From positions 1 through 53,368 of the forward strand of contig CACZQK010000067.1 of assembly GCA_902783315.1 (NCBI GenBank): a stretch of DNA of 53,368 nt. The letters are read 5' to 3'. The DNA comes from an uncultured Erysipelotrichaceae bacterium. GTDB taxonomy: Bacteria > Bacillota_I > Bacilli_A > RF39 > UBA660. A program made the position numbers and the translations under genes. Positions 9,122 to 18,761 of the stretch are shown here, piece by piece; position 1 is the first letter of the stretch; the number at the start of each line of letters is the position of its first letter. The notes beneath the pieces were generated by a model, which saw nothing but the letters and a program-made list of their open reading frames with translations, did not search any database and was not told where the DNA came from.

Positions 9122-10309
9122 TTACAATAAATCTGAAAATTGATTGTCATTATCAAAAGTAATCTTAATTGTTTGAACAGTATCAATAGCATCTTGAATC
9201 ATAGGACTATAATCAAATTTTTTTTCCTCATCAAGAGCAACATCAATACTAGGATTAATAATAGGATGTCTAGGAACAAAAACAGTACAACAATCTTCAT
9301 ATGGAATAATACTAATATCATAAGTTTCTATTTTTCTAGAAATTTTCATAATTTCTAGTTTATCAAAACAGGCCACAGGACGAATAACAGGTATATTAGT
9401 AACACTATTGATAACAGCCATACTAGATAAAGTTTGCGAAGCAACTTGACCAATACTTTCACCATTTACAATTACATATGCTCGATATTTTTTAGAAAGA
9501 CCCTCCATAATTCGATACATCATTCTTCGCATAATTGTAATACAATAATCCTCACGACAGTTTTTATATATTTCTTCCTGTATAGGAGTAAAATTAACAA
9601 CATGTAAACGAATAGAATCAGAGTATTCTGCTAATTTCTCAGCTAGCCTAATAACTTTATTACGAGCTTGAATACTTGTATGTGGCATAGCCTCAAAATA
9701 AACAGCATCCAAAATCATTCCTCTCTTCATTGCTAAATATCCAGCAACAGGAGAATCAATCCCACCAGATAACATTAATAAACCTCGAGGCTGGGTTCCA
9801 ACAGGATATCCACCAATACCTTCATAACTGTTAAAATAAATAAAACTTTCTTTTGGCCGTATTTCTACTTTTAGCAATAAGTCAGGATTATGAACATCAA
9901 CAGAGATATGAGAAATATTTTTAAATAACAGACCTGCCAAAACCTTATTATACTCCTGGCTATGAATAGGAAAAGATTTATCACTTCGTTTTGTATCAAT
10001 CTTAAAAGTAGAAAATTTTTCATTTAAAGCAAGCTTCAAAACAGCATCTTGAATCTTCTCATCATTAGTATCAACAATAGTAGCAATATGATATGCATGA
10101 ATTCCAAATGTTTTATCGATAACCTTTTTAATAGCATCAAAATCATTTTCTAAAAATTTGATATACATTCGCGCACGATCTTTATGAATTTCAACATCAT
10201 AAATTGATAATTTAGATTTTATATTATTATATAAAGTATTGATAAAAAAATTACGGTTTCCCTTCTTTGTAGATAATTCCCCATACTTTATTAATATAAC
10301 TCTATCCAT
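9122..10309 (-). CDS. thiI: tRNA 4-thiouridine(8) synthase ThiI
   Basis: N-terminal ferredoxin-like and THUMP regions (ILIKYGELSTKKGNR) followed by a PP-loop (LLMLSGGIDSPVAGY). GGTGGTGA precedes the ATG at 10309; the track start at 10327 is less likely. Confidence 0.9.
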   Translation of the reverse strand: MDRVILIKYGELSTKKGNRNFFINTLYNNIKSKLSIYDVEIHKDRARMYIKFLENDFDAIKKVIDKTFGIHAYHIATIVDTNDEKIQDAVLKLALNEKFSTFKIDTKRSDKSFPIHSQEYNKVLAGLLFKNISHISVDVHNPDLLLKVEIRPKESFIYFNSYEGIGGYPVGTQPRGLLMLSGGIDSPVAGYLAMKRGMILDAVYFEAMPHTSIQARNKVIRLAEKLAEYSDSIRLHVVNFTPIQEEIYKNCREDYCITIMRRMMYRIMEGLSKKYRAYVIVNGESIGQVASQTLSSMAVINSVTNIPVIRPVACFDKLEIMKISRKIETYDISIIPYEDCCTVFVPRHPIINPSIDVALDEEKKFDYSPMIQDAIDTVQTIKITFDNDNQFSDLL

Positions 10310-10359
10310 AATATCACCACCCGCCATATTTTACCACAAAAAGAAAGAAAATAACAATA

Positions 10360-10968
10360 CTAAGTTACTTTCTTTTTTGTACGATAAAAAAATTTAGAAA
10401 TAACTCTGCATGAAGAAATATCATCAATAGAATAAACAGAAGTCTGATATTTTTTATTTATCTTATAAATAAAATAAGACTCATCAATATAAGAACTAAA
10501 AATTTCTTTTCCATTTTCATAACAATTATATAATAACCTTTCTTCGTAATTATCACCATTTTTATTAAAATTCCACTCAGTTACTTTATAAATATTTATC
10601 CTCTTTGAAGAAACATCAACATGATCAATTAATAAATCTCCACATTTTAAGGTTACATAAGCATTACTGTTAGAAAAAGAAACAAAAGACTCTGAAGTAG
10701 AGCAATAACCATCACCAACAGGATTTTTGATTTTATCTATAAATCCACCATCTATAACTTCCTGCAAATAAACAACATTAGAATTACTGAAACTAGAAAT
10801 ATTAGTTGAAACAATCTTGAAAAATACAACAGAACTTTTCCTCATAGTGTCAAATGTCAAATAAGATTTTGATTTAAGAATATTTAACAACAAAATAGAG
10901 GTAACCATCAACAACAAAAGAATTCCAATTATTATTTCAAAATGAAAAAATCCAAATCTATTTTTCAT
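10360..10968 (-). CDS. prepilin-type N-terminal cleavage/methylation domain protein (pseudopilin-like)
   Basis: MKNRFG|FFHFEIIIGILLLL is a class III signal: G at -1, F at +1, E at +5, then a hydrophobic helix. The start overlaps the ezrA stop by 11 nt. Confidence 0.6.
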   Translation of the reverse strand: MKNRFGFFHFEIIIGILLLLMVTSILLLNILKSKSYLTFDTMRKSSVVFFKIVSTNISSFSNSNVVYLQEVIDGGFIDKIKNPVGDGYCSTSESFVSFSNSNAYVTLKCGDLLIDHVDVSSKRINIYKVTEWNFNKNGDNYEERLLYNCYENGKEIFSSYIDESYFIYKINKKYQTSVYSIDDISSCRVISKFFYRTKKKVT

Positions 10969-12670
10969 ACATCATCATCAATTTTTTATAGATTTTTTCA
11001 TCAATAGAAGAAGTGACTTTAATAGAAATATCTAGTGATTCTTTATAATTTCCCTTATAAAAAGCTCTTTCTGCCTCAACCAAAGCCCTATCAACATCAT
11101 CATAAGTACTTCGATAACGATTAATAAAAACAATTGTCTTTTCCGCAAATTTTGCAGTTTTTATCATGTCCATAGTAGTATTATAAAGCTTCAATACCAA
11201 ATCTCTAGCTGTATCTACCCGAGTATTTAATACTTTAATGACAATAGGTTTTCTTTCCAACTCTTTAATGACCTCATAAATTGCTTCATTTGCCTCATTC
11301 AACTGAACAAAATAATTATTTGCTATTACAGGTAACTTATAACTATGAATTTCATTTTTACAAATTTTTAAAAACTCTTGAATTTCCTGTAATTGCTCCC
11401 TAGCACGAAGTTCATCATCATACATATTACCTAAAGATTTTAACGCTTCATCAAAAGATTCCTCCATTAATGCCAAACGATTTGATAAAGTCTCAATCTC
11501 CTCATTTAACACAGAATAAGGACTAGATTTAGATTCTTCTTTAGCAAGCATCTTGCGATAATCATCATTAATAACAACAAGAGTCTTATTAACCTCATGT
11601 ATTACCTCAACATCTTCATCTTTTAAATCATACATATTTTTAATATCCTCTAGCTGATCATATACCTCTTTCACTAAAGAATTAGTCTTTTCGAGCTTTT
11701 CATTAAAAGAATCTTTAATTTCACTATAAACTTTTCTAGATAATCTTTCTTTTTCAAAATCAAGAAATAAGGAATCATAATACTGAAGCATAGTCTTTAA
11801 ATCAAACATACAACCTTCTAAATTTAAAATTTTTACTTTGTCTAATATTTGATTAATATTTTTTTTAGATTCCTTAATATTATAATCTATATTCAAATAA
11901 TCAAGAACATAACCTTCATCAAGCATTTCTTTATTAAGCTGTTCCACTTCTTTCATACGGTTTGGAATAACCTGATTAGCCATTAACAACACATCTGGCA
12001 ATTCCGTTATAATAATTTCCATATGATCGATCATTGTATCTAAAGCCTTACAAATCTGAACCACTTCAGTATACTCATTAGTCTCCATAACCTTTTCAAA
12101 ATCTAAAAATCTTTTTTCAATGTTCTCCAATTGTAAACTAACAGCTTCTTGCATAAAATCATATAACTCTTTATGTTCTTGAAATTCTCTATTTAAAGTA
12201 CGATATTTCGACTTTAATTTAATAACAATAGACCTATATTTTTCCTCGCTCAAAGTAATATCTTTTATCTCATCCAACAGATGTTCTGCCGCTTCTCGAA
12301 CTTTATAAATTTCTATTTCAGCACTTGCAATTCGATAACCGCAAGATTTATAGTCTCTTTTTTCAACATAAATATCTAAATCAATAAGCATATCATCAAT
12401 AAGCGTTAATCGCTTTTCACGTATCTCATCAAATTTTTCCTGCCATTTATTATATTTTTCTTCCATTTTATCATTTTTAATAATTGGCTCTACTTTAGAC
12501 AACTCTACCAAAACCGGTGTAGATGCAACCATATTACGCTGAATTTCCAAATTTTTAACCTTACCACGATAATAGTTTATTTCAGCTTTTTTTACAAAAT
12601 GAAGTATTACAATAACAATTATAAATGCAATAACAATAGCAGACCCAATAATAAGAAACTGTCCTTGCAT
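10958..12670 (-). CDS. ezrA: septation ring formation regulator EzrA
   Basis: 570 aa with a single N-terminal TM helix followed by long spectrin-like coiled-coil repeats. The position between thiI and rpsD matches Bacillus. Confidence 0.88.
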   Translation of the reverse strand: MQGQFLIIGSAIVIAFIIVIVILHFVKKAEINYYRGKVKNLEIQRNMVASTPVLVELSKVEPIIKNDKMEEKYNKWQEKFDEIREKRLTLIDDMLIDLDIYVEKRDYKSCGYRIASAEIEIYKVREAAEHLLDEIKDITLSEEKYRSIVIKLKSKYRTLNREFQEHKELYDFMQEAVSLQLENIEKRFLDFEKVMETNEYTEVVQICKALDTMIDHMEIIITELPDVLLMANQVIPNRMKEVEQLNKEMLDEGYVLDYLNIDYNIKESKKNINQILDKVKILNLEGCMFDLKTMLQYYDSLFLDFEKERLSRKVYSEIKDSFNEKLEKTNSLVKEVYDQLEDIKNMYDLKDEDVEVIHEVNKTLVVINDDYRKMLAKEESKSSPYSVLNEEIETLSNRLALMEESFDEALKSLGNMYDDELRAREQLQEIQEFLKICKNEIHSYKLPVIANNYFVQLNEANEAIYEVIKELERKPIVIKVLNTRVDTARDLVLKLYNTTMDMIKTAKFAEKTIVFINRYRSTYDDVDRALVEAERAFYKGNYKESLDISIKVTSSIDEKIYKKLMMMYEK

Positions 12671-12771
12671 ACACTCACCTCTATCCTTATTTATTATTCT
12701 AACATATTTCGACTTCTTTTTTCTACTTTTTAAGAAAATATTATTCTTTTTAGCAATAAATAAGTTATTTC

Positions 12772-12800
12772 TTGACAGGAAAACATTTATGGAATATAAT
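12772..12800 (+). promoter_or_regulatory. sigma-A promoter of rpsD, followed by a ~150-nt leader
   Basis: Perfect TTGACA (12772-12777), a 17-nt spacer, then TATAAT (12795-12800). The long leader to the ATG at 12951 is consistent with S4 autoregulation as known in Bacillus. Confidence 0.7.
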
Positions 12801-12950
12801 TAAAAATGCAAATTCCTTGAAACAGCAAATTTAGAATATTTTAATGTGTTTTCATAAGGAAAGTAGCTATCGCTGTTGACGTGAAAGAAAAACTCCCTAA
12901 AATATGGCTAAATTTTCAAGATTTGTAACAAAAAAAGAAAGGAGATTAAT

Positions 12951-13553
12951 ATGGCAAGATATACAGGACCAAGCTATAAAAAAGCTCGTCGCGTTGGTTT
13001 TTCAATTAGCGAAACAGGAAAAGAATTAGCTCGTCGTCCATATGGGCCAGGACAACACGGACAAGATCGTAAAGGAAAAGCATCTGACTATGGAACTCAA
13101 TTAAAAGAAAAACAAAAAGTTCGTTTTATGTATGGGGTAAATGAAAGACAATTCAAAAAAACTTTTAATGAAGCTGCAAAAATGACAGGTATCCACGGTA
13201 CAAACTTTTTAAGATTACTAGAATCTAGATTAGACAATTTAGTTTTTAGAATTGGTTTTTCAACAACTCGCCGTGGAGCTAGACAATTAGTAAACCATGG
13301 GCATATTACTGTAAATGGACGCAAAGTAGACATTCCATCATACAGAGTCAAACCAGGAGATACTATTTCATTAAAAGAAGACGATAAAAACTTAAAAGTA
13401 GTTAATGATTCTTTAGCAAAAATATCAAAAAGAGTTGAATTCATCACTTTTGATGAAGGCAAAAAAGAAGCAACTTATGTTAGATTACCAGAAAGAAATG
13501 AATTAAATGCTGATATTAATGAATCACTAATTGTTGAATTCTATAATAAATAG
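12951..13553 (+). CDS. rpsD: 30S ribosomal protein S4
   Basis: [16 protein letters not shown]... 200 aa with an S4 RNA-binding domain. AGGAGA RBS. Confidence 0.97.
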   Translation: MARYTGPSYKKARRVGFSISETGKELARRPYGPGQHGQDRKGKASDYGTQLKEKQKVRFMYGVNERQFKKTFNEAAKMTGIHGTNFLRLLESRLDNLVFRIGFSTTRRGARQLVNHGHITVNGRKVDIPSYRVKPGDTISLKEDDKNLKVVNDSLAKISKRVEFITFDEGKKEATYVRLPERNELNADINESLIVEFYNK

Positions 13554-13560
13554 AATATGT

Positions 13561-13593
13561 AAATACTCACTAGTAACCTAGTGAGTATTTTTT
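13561..13593 (+). terminator. rho-independent terminator of rpsD
   Basis: AATACTCACTAG-TAAC-CTAGTGAGTATT followed by TTTTT. Confidence 0.8.
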
Positions 13594-13594
13594 A

Positions 13595-14797
13595 TTAAGA
13601 TTCAACATCTAAAACTTTCAAAGCTTCACTATAACGAATAAATTTACTGAGATAAACATCATCATAAGAAGAATATCCAACAACTAAATATTCCCCGTCA
13701 TTATCAATAACATCAGTAAAAATATCATCTCTATCATGCTCATAAGTAACAACATTGATTTTCTCTAAATTCATTTTATATTTTCCAATAATACCATCAG
13801 AATGAAATCTGCTAATCTCCAGATTTGAAAAATCACTTTCATTAGAAACCATTCCAATGGCTATAAGATAATCTTGATTATCCACCATCAATTTATTATA
13901 CCGAGTTCCCCTTTCACTCTCAAAAAGAACTTCATCAAGATAAAAGCAATCCATATCATACATAACAACCATAGCAGAAAAATGATTATTTATATTCTTA
14001 GAACCACTAACATAAATTTTACCATCAAAAAAAGCAACACTACTAAACCCAAAATCATCGACATCTTCATATCGACCGCATTCAATTATATTACCACCTA
14101 TATCATATTTACACAAAATTCCAATATGATTTTCATCAACACCAACAGTATAAATATAATTATCAACTACCAACAAATCACTAAACTTCGCAAATTTGTT
14201 ACTGCCATACATTTTTGTCCACAAAAGATTTCCTTCTTTATCATATTTAGCAAGAATTGCACCACCTTCTTTTTTATCAACCGTCGTATTTTGATAAATG
14301 CTTTGTCCTGTAACTAAATATCCATCATCAACATTTTTAATATTAGTAAATTTTGAATTATCTAAAACCTGAAAATCTTTTTGAAAAATAATATTACCAT
14401 TCAGATCATATTTTACGATTAAAGCCCGCCTTCGAGAGTCTTTATGTTCTTTTATAGTTTTTTCATAACTTCCAACTGCAACGATATTATCCTGATCAAA
14501 AGATACTCCAAAAAAAGCACTATTATAGCCAATATTATAAAGAAACTCTTTTTTCTTTTCACGTTTTTTATTATATGTTGAAACCCGTGCCTTCTCATAA
14601 TGCTTAACATTACTATTGTTACTTCCAACAGTCACATAATAATTAGAGTTTTTATCAACTGCATTAATACTATCAAAATATAAATATTTTGTATTATTTA
14701 AAAACAAAGAATAAAAAATATGTCCTATTTCTATCAATATAAATAAAAAACAAACAAATTCAAAAATCTTTATTTTTTTTAATAACTTATATCCCAT
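13595..14797 (-). CDS. membrane-anchored beta-propeller-repeat protein (hypothetical)
   Basis: GGGAGG RBS precedes the ATG at 14797 (MGYKLLKK...). One TM helix is followed by a repeated motif (YDLNGNIIFQKDF, YDKEGNLLWTKMYG, YDIGGNIIECGRY) suggesting propeller blades. Confidence 0.6.
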   Translation of the reverse strand: MGYKLLKKIKIFEFVCFLFILIEIGHIFYSLFLNNTKYLYFDSINAVDKNSNYYVTVGSNNSNVKHYEKARVSTYNKKREKKKEFLYNIGYNSAFFGVSFDQDNIVAVGSYEKTIKEHKDSRRRALIVKYDLNGNIIFQKDFQVLDNSKFTNIKNVDDGYLVTGQSIYQNTTVDKKEGGAILAKYDKEGNLLWTKMYGSNKFAKFSDLLVVDNYIYTVGVDENHIGILCKYDIGGNIIECGRYEDVDDFGFSSVAFFDGKIYVSGSKNINNHFSAMVVMYDMDCFYLDEVLFESERGTRYNKLMVDNQDYLIAIGMVSNESDFSNLEISRFHSDGIIGKYKMNLEKINVVTYEHDRDDIFTDVIDNDGEYLVVGYSSYDDVYLSKFIRYSEALKVLDVES

Positions 14798-14879
14798 AAA
14801 AGACCTCCCTAAATAAATTGTAACAGAAGAGTTTTTCTTTTTCCACAAGCAAAAAGAAAATAAGAAAAATTCTTACTTT

Positions 14880-16106
14880 CTAGTTGTAAACTCCTATAAA
14901 ATATTTTTTCTTACCACGACGAATAACAACATACTTTTTATCAATACATTTATCTTTAGTAAGAACATATTCTAAATCTATAATTCTTTCCCCATTCAAA
15001 GTAATAGAACCATTATTAACAAACTCACGTGCTTCTCGTTTACTAGAACAAATATTACCATCTACTAATAAATCTACAATATTTAAATTGCGTGATATTT
15101 TAAATGGAGTAAGTCCTTTAAAAGCTATTTCAATATCTTTACTATTAAATGTGCTAATATTTCCACTAAATAAACTTTCACTAATTTTAATAGCTTCTAA
15201 ATAACTATCTTCTCCATGTAAATCTGTAATAATTTCACGTGCTAAAGCTTTATGAGCAATACGTCTTTCAGGACAAGCCAAATTATCTTTTTCAATTTTT
15301 TCTATTTCTTCACGACTTAAAAAAGTTAATTTTTTTAGATAATCAATAATCATAGAATCATCAAGATTAATTAAATATTGATATAATTCATAAGAAGATG
15401 TCTTATTCTCGTCTAACCATAAAGCATTTCCTTCCGTTTTTCCAAATTTCTTACCAGAAGCATCGACAACTAAGGGCATAACCATTCCATAAACTTCTTT
15501 ATCTAACTTTTTTCTAATTAATTCAATCCCTGATGTAATATTGCCCCATTGATCACTTCCTGCCACTTGCAATTCACAATCATATTTTTTATACAAATAA
15601 TAAAAATCCATTGCTTGCAATAACATATAAGAAAATTCAGCAAAAGTAATTCCAACATCCATCCTAGACTTTACATGATCTTTAGCAAGCATATAATTTA
15701 CATTAAAATACTTACCATAATCTCTTAAAAAATCACAAATATTAATATCTTTAGTCCAATCCCAGTTATTAACAACTTCAAATCCAAATATTTTCTTTGC
15801 TTGAGCTGTTAATCCTTTAATATTCTTTTCAACTTCTTCTTTACTAATAATAGGTCTTTCAGACGTAGGTTTTGGATCACCAATTAACCCAGTTGCCCCA
15901 CCAACAAGCAAAATAGGATGGTGCCCAGCCTTAGCTAATCTCTTAGAAATTAAAAAAGAAGAATAATGTCCAATATGCATAGAATCAGCAGTAGGATCAG
16001 TTCCTATATAAAACGTCATTCCACCTTTATTTAATTTTTCAATCAATTCTGGAGAACTAATTTCTTGTATAAGTCCTCTCCATTCTAAATCTTCAAATAA
16101 TGTCAT
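14880..16106 (-). CDS. tyrS: tyrosine--tRNA ligase
   Basis: 408 aa with a HIGH-type motif (SMHIGH), KFGKT (KMSKS-type) and a C-terminal S4-like domain. Start overlaps the upstream CYTH gene by 4 nt. Confidence 0.95.
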   Translation of the reverse strand: MTLFEDLEWRGLIQEISSPELIEKLNKGGMTFYIGTDPTADSMHIGHYSSFLISKRLAKAGHHPILLVGGATGLIGDPKPTSERPIISKEEVEKNIKGLTAQAKKIFGFEVVNNWDWTKDINICDFLRDYGKYFNVNYMLAKDHVKSRMDVGITFAEFSYMLLQAMDFYYLYKKYDCELQVAGSDQWGNITSGIELIRKKLDKEVYGMVMPLVVDASGKKFGKTEGNALWLDENKTSSYELYQYLINLDDSMIIDYLKKLTFLSREEIEKIEKDNLACPERRIAHKALAREIITDLHGEDSYLEAIKISESLFSGNISTFNSKDIEIAFKGLTPFKISRNLNIVDLLVDGNICSSKREAREFVNNGSITLNGERIIDLEYVLTKDKCIDKKYVVIRRGKKKYFIGVYN

Positions 16107-16648
16107 TTTCTTTCCTCCTCTAATTTTAGCATTCTAATTTCATCTAAATTATACCCATAATCAGCATAAATCTTATTAATATCCTTTGTAGTATAATCTT
16201 TCTTAGCAAAACCCAACTCTGCTAGCACCTTATAAACAGCAGCTTCCGTCCTTCCCTCAATTTCTAAATATGTAGGTATCATTGGCCAATAATCAATATC
16301 TAACTCAACATCTTTTAAAACATATTGAATGCGCCTATTTTCTTGATAACTTCGTGCCTCATATCCCAATTCATTTAACATCAAATTGCATTTCTCAAAA
16401 TTGTCAACTTCTACCTCTAGCTCTTGAGTCCCATCTATTTCTGAAGAAACTAAATTTTTAATAGTTAAAGTAGTTTTCTTCCCATTTGTACGTAAACGAA
16501 TCCACTTGCCATCAACTTTAGGAATAAAATCATATACATATCTTCTTTGTAGGCAATCCCATTCCTTATGTGCATTCAACTTTTCTAATTTATCAATCAA
16601 TTCTAAAACGTTTACATTCAAAACTCGAACTTCATATTCTGTATGCAT
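16103..16648 (-). CDS. CYTH-domain protein (triphosphate tunnel metalloenzyme family)
   Basis: 181 aa with an N-terminal EYEVRV (ExExK-like) motif and alternating charged beta-strands typical of CYTH/class IV adenylate cyclase-like proteins. Confidence 0.75.
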   Translation of the reverse strand: MHTEYEVRVLNVNVLELIDKLEKLNAHKEWDCLQRRYVYDFIPKVDGKWIRLRTNGKKTTLTIKNLVSSEIDGTQELEVEVDNFEKCNLMLNELGYEARSYQENRRIQYVLKDVELDIDYWPMIPTYLEIEGRTEAAVYKVLAELGFAKKDYTTKDINKIYADYGYNLDEIRMLKLEEERK

Positions 16649-16661
16649 AAAATACCTCCAA

Positions 16662-16868
16662 CAAAAAACCGCATTTCCAACCCAATAAGGACGAAAACCG
16701 CGGTACCACCTTAATTCATGTAAAACATGCTCTCTTTAACCTTAACGCGGACAAACGATTTTTTTCAAAGTATGTAATTCATAAAATATCTTCTCTGTCT
16801 TCCACCAACCAACAGCTCTCTATTTAATAACAATATTTTACTACTATGTACTCATCAACAAAAAATAT
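16662..16868 (-). promoter_or_regulatory. T-box leader, tyrosine specifier (UAC)
   Basis: Minus strand has an AGAGAG box, a specifier loop GAAUUACAU (UAC at 16774-16776, followed by A) and the T-box sequence AAUUAAGGUGGUACCGCGG (about 16694-16712). A terminator hairpin with a U6 run follows. A TTGACT-17-TAGTAT promoter lies at 16875-16903. Confidence 0.85.
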
Positions 16869-16904
16869 ACTTATATACTAATCATATTCAAACAAAAAGT
16901 CAAG

Positions 16905-17318
16905 TTATCTTTCAGTATCTTTATTTTCTAACCTCTTTAATACATCTTTAGAAACATTTATAACACTTTCTAAAACTGCCTCAGCACTTTTTCGAATAGC
17001 TGGAGTTCCCTTTTCTTTAGCTAAATCAACTAAATCTTGAGCTTTTTTCTTTAGCTTATTTCCCTTTTCTTTAGCAAATCCTGCAACTTTTTCCTTATCT
17101 AAGTCTGCCAATTCGTCCTTAATTTCTTGAATTTTTTCACTAAGATCATTCTTAATTTCCTCACTGTCAATATTCTTTAATTGATTAACAAATTCATCAA
17201 TTTTTTTCTTTAAAGCCTCTCTCGTCTCACTTCCCTTATTAGGTGCAAACAAAAGACCAAGTCCAGCTCCCAATAAAGCTCCTGCAAAAAATTTTCCCAT
17301 TCCTCTTTTTTTATTCAT
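16905..17318 (-). CDS. YtxH-domain general stress-type protein
   Basis: AGGAGGA RBS precedes the ATG at 17318. MNKKRGMGKFFAGALLGAGLGLLFAPNKGSETREALKKK is the YtxH signature, followed by a coiled coil. Confidence 0.8.
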   Translation of the reverse strand: MNKKRGMGKFFAGALLGAGLGLLFAPNKGSETREALKKKIDEFVNQLKNIDSEEIKNDLSEKIQEIKDELADLDKEKVAGFAKEKGNKLKKKAQDLVDLAKEKGTPAIRKSAEAVLESVINVSKDVLKRLENKDTER

Positions 17319-17598
17319 AATTATCCTCCTCTTTCTTTGCTTTCTTATTAAATAATTTTGACAATACAGATGAAACACTAAAAGCCATTGTATTACTTAT
17401 ATTAGCAACACCATTTACAGCTTTACTTAAAACAGAAAATGCATTATCAAAAGAACTTACTTTTTCAGACACATTATCAACAATATGATCAACTTTATCT
17501 AAAATATTAATCAGTTTAACGCCAACAACTATAAAAACAACCATTAATACTATTCCTGATATAGATAGTAAAACAGATAAAAGTGTTCCCGTTTCCAC
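17311..17598 (-). CDS. DUF948-type membrane-anchored protein
   Basis: 95 aa with an N-terminal TM helix plus a helical segment (KLINILDKVDHIVDNVSEKV). It is paired with ytxH, as ytxG/ytxH are in Bacillus. Confidence 0.65.
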   Translation of the reverse strand: METGTLLSVLLSISGIVLMVVFIVVGVKLINILDKVDHIVDNVSEKVSSFDNAFSVLSKAVNGVANISNTMAFSVSSVLSKLFNKKAKKEEDNYE

Positions 17599-17615
17599 AA
17601 TACTCTTCCTCCTTT

Positions 17616-18743
17616 TTAATCATTTTCTTGATACATAGAATCAATCAAATCAAACAAATTATCATTATCCTCAGAAGAATTATTTTCTTTAGATTGTCCA
17701 GATTCTTCTTTAACTTCTATGGTCTTTTTTTCTTTTACAACATTCTTATTTTCCTTGTCAGCTTCCATAATATCCTTTTCTAAAGGATTTGTTTCTTTAT
17801 CAAGTTTTTTTGGTTGATGAACAGAAGATTGATTCTTACTAACATCAACATAATCAACATTATACTCTAGTCCCAAATCTTGAAAATACTCTAAAGCGTC
17901 TCCCACAGTAAGTTCTTTTACTTCAGGCTTTTTATGATCACTCAAATCAACTAATAAATTGTCGTCATCTTCCACCTCAAACTTAGTGTCTTCTTCAGTA
18001 TCAACTTCATCATGTTTAACAACAACTTTACTACCATAAGCCTTATTTCGAATATCATCAACACTAACATTACTTCTAGTATAATTACTTGTAATGCGCA
18101 CTTCTTTTTTCTCTTTTACATCCTCTTTTTTATAATTCTTGTCTAAAATACCATATATAGGAGAAATTATAGGACTAGGTTTAAAGTAAACTTTTTCTTC
18201 CTTTTTTTCGTAGGTACCATATTCATGAACAGGAACGTTATAAGACTTATCTCTTCCGTAAGGTTTACTTTCATGTTGATAAGAAGAAAACTCATTAGAA
18301 GGATTAGAATATGATTGATTTGACAACTCTTCCTGATAATAGTCATCATGTTGCTCCTCATAAAGACTTCTTCGAGAAACTCTGCTCTGTTCATTAAAAC
18401 TTGTCTTTTCTTCAAAATCTCGCAATATTTCAGGTTCTTCTTGAAAATCATCCTCCACTTTAAAATCATTATCATCCATAATTTTAAAATCGTCATGCTT
18501 TTCCTCTTTTAAATATCCTGTTTTAGGTCTTATTTCAAAATCTTCATCCCTTAATTCTTCTTCCTGTAATTCTTCAACCTTTGCTTCTTTAGCTCCCGGT
18601 AAAACAATCTTTTTTGCAATCGGCTTTTCTTCCTTCTTTTCATGTTTCTCTTTTTTTGTTTTCTTTTCTTTTTTAGGAGGTTCCTCCACTTCAACATATT
18701 CAACTTCAAAAAGAGCATTTTTTATCTTATCAAACACACCCAT
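17616..18743 (-). CDS. highly acidic low-complexity protein with N-terminal amphipathic helix
   Basis: 375 aa, E/D/K-rich. N-terminus is MGVFDKIKNALFEVEYVEVEE and C-terminus is DNLFDLIDSMYQEND. No recognisable enzymatic motif. Confidence 0.55.
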   Translation of the reverse strand: MGVFDKIKNALFEVEYVEVEEPPKKEKKTKKEKHEKKEEKPIAKKIVLPGAKEAKVEELQEEELRDEDFEIRPKTGYLKEEKHDDFKIMDDNDFKVEDDFQEEPEILRDFEEKTSFNEQSRVSRRSLYEEQHDDYYQEELSNQSYSNPSNEFSSYQHESKPYGRDKSYNVPVHEYGTYEKKEEKVYFKPSPIISPIYGILDKNYKKEDVKEKKEVRITSNYTRSNVSVDDIRNKAYGSKVVVKHDEVDTEEDTKFEVEDDDNLLVDLSDHKKPEVKELTVGDALEYFQDLGLEYNVDYVDVSKNQSSVHQPKKLDKETNPLEKDIMEADKENKNVVKEKKTIEVKEESGQSKENNSSEDNDNLFDLIDSMYQEND

Positions 18744-18761
18744 GAGTTCACCTCTTTTACC

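Noticed and set aside
13874-14317. 147-aa plus-strand ORF inside the beta-propeller gene
   Set aside because: It has the I/N/F-rich composition typical of antisense frames in AT-rich DNA. The minus-strand ORF has an RBS and repeat structure.
18167-18496. 109-aa minus-strand ORF in another frame of the acidic protein gene
   Set aside because: It is an overlapping alternative frame with no RBS. It arises from the low-complexity A/G-rich coding sequence.
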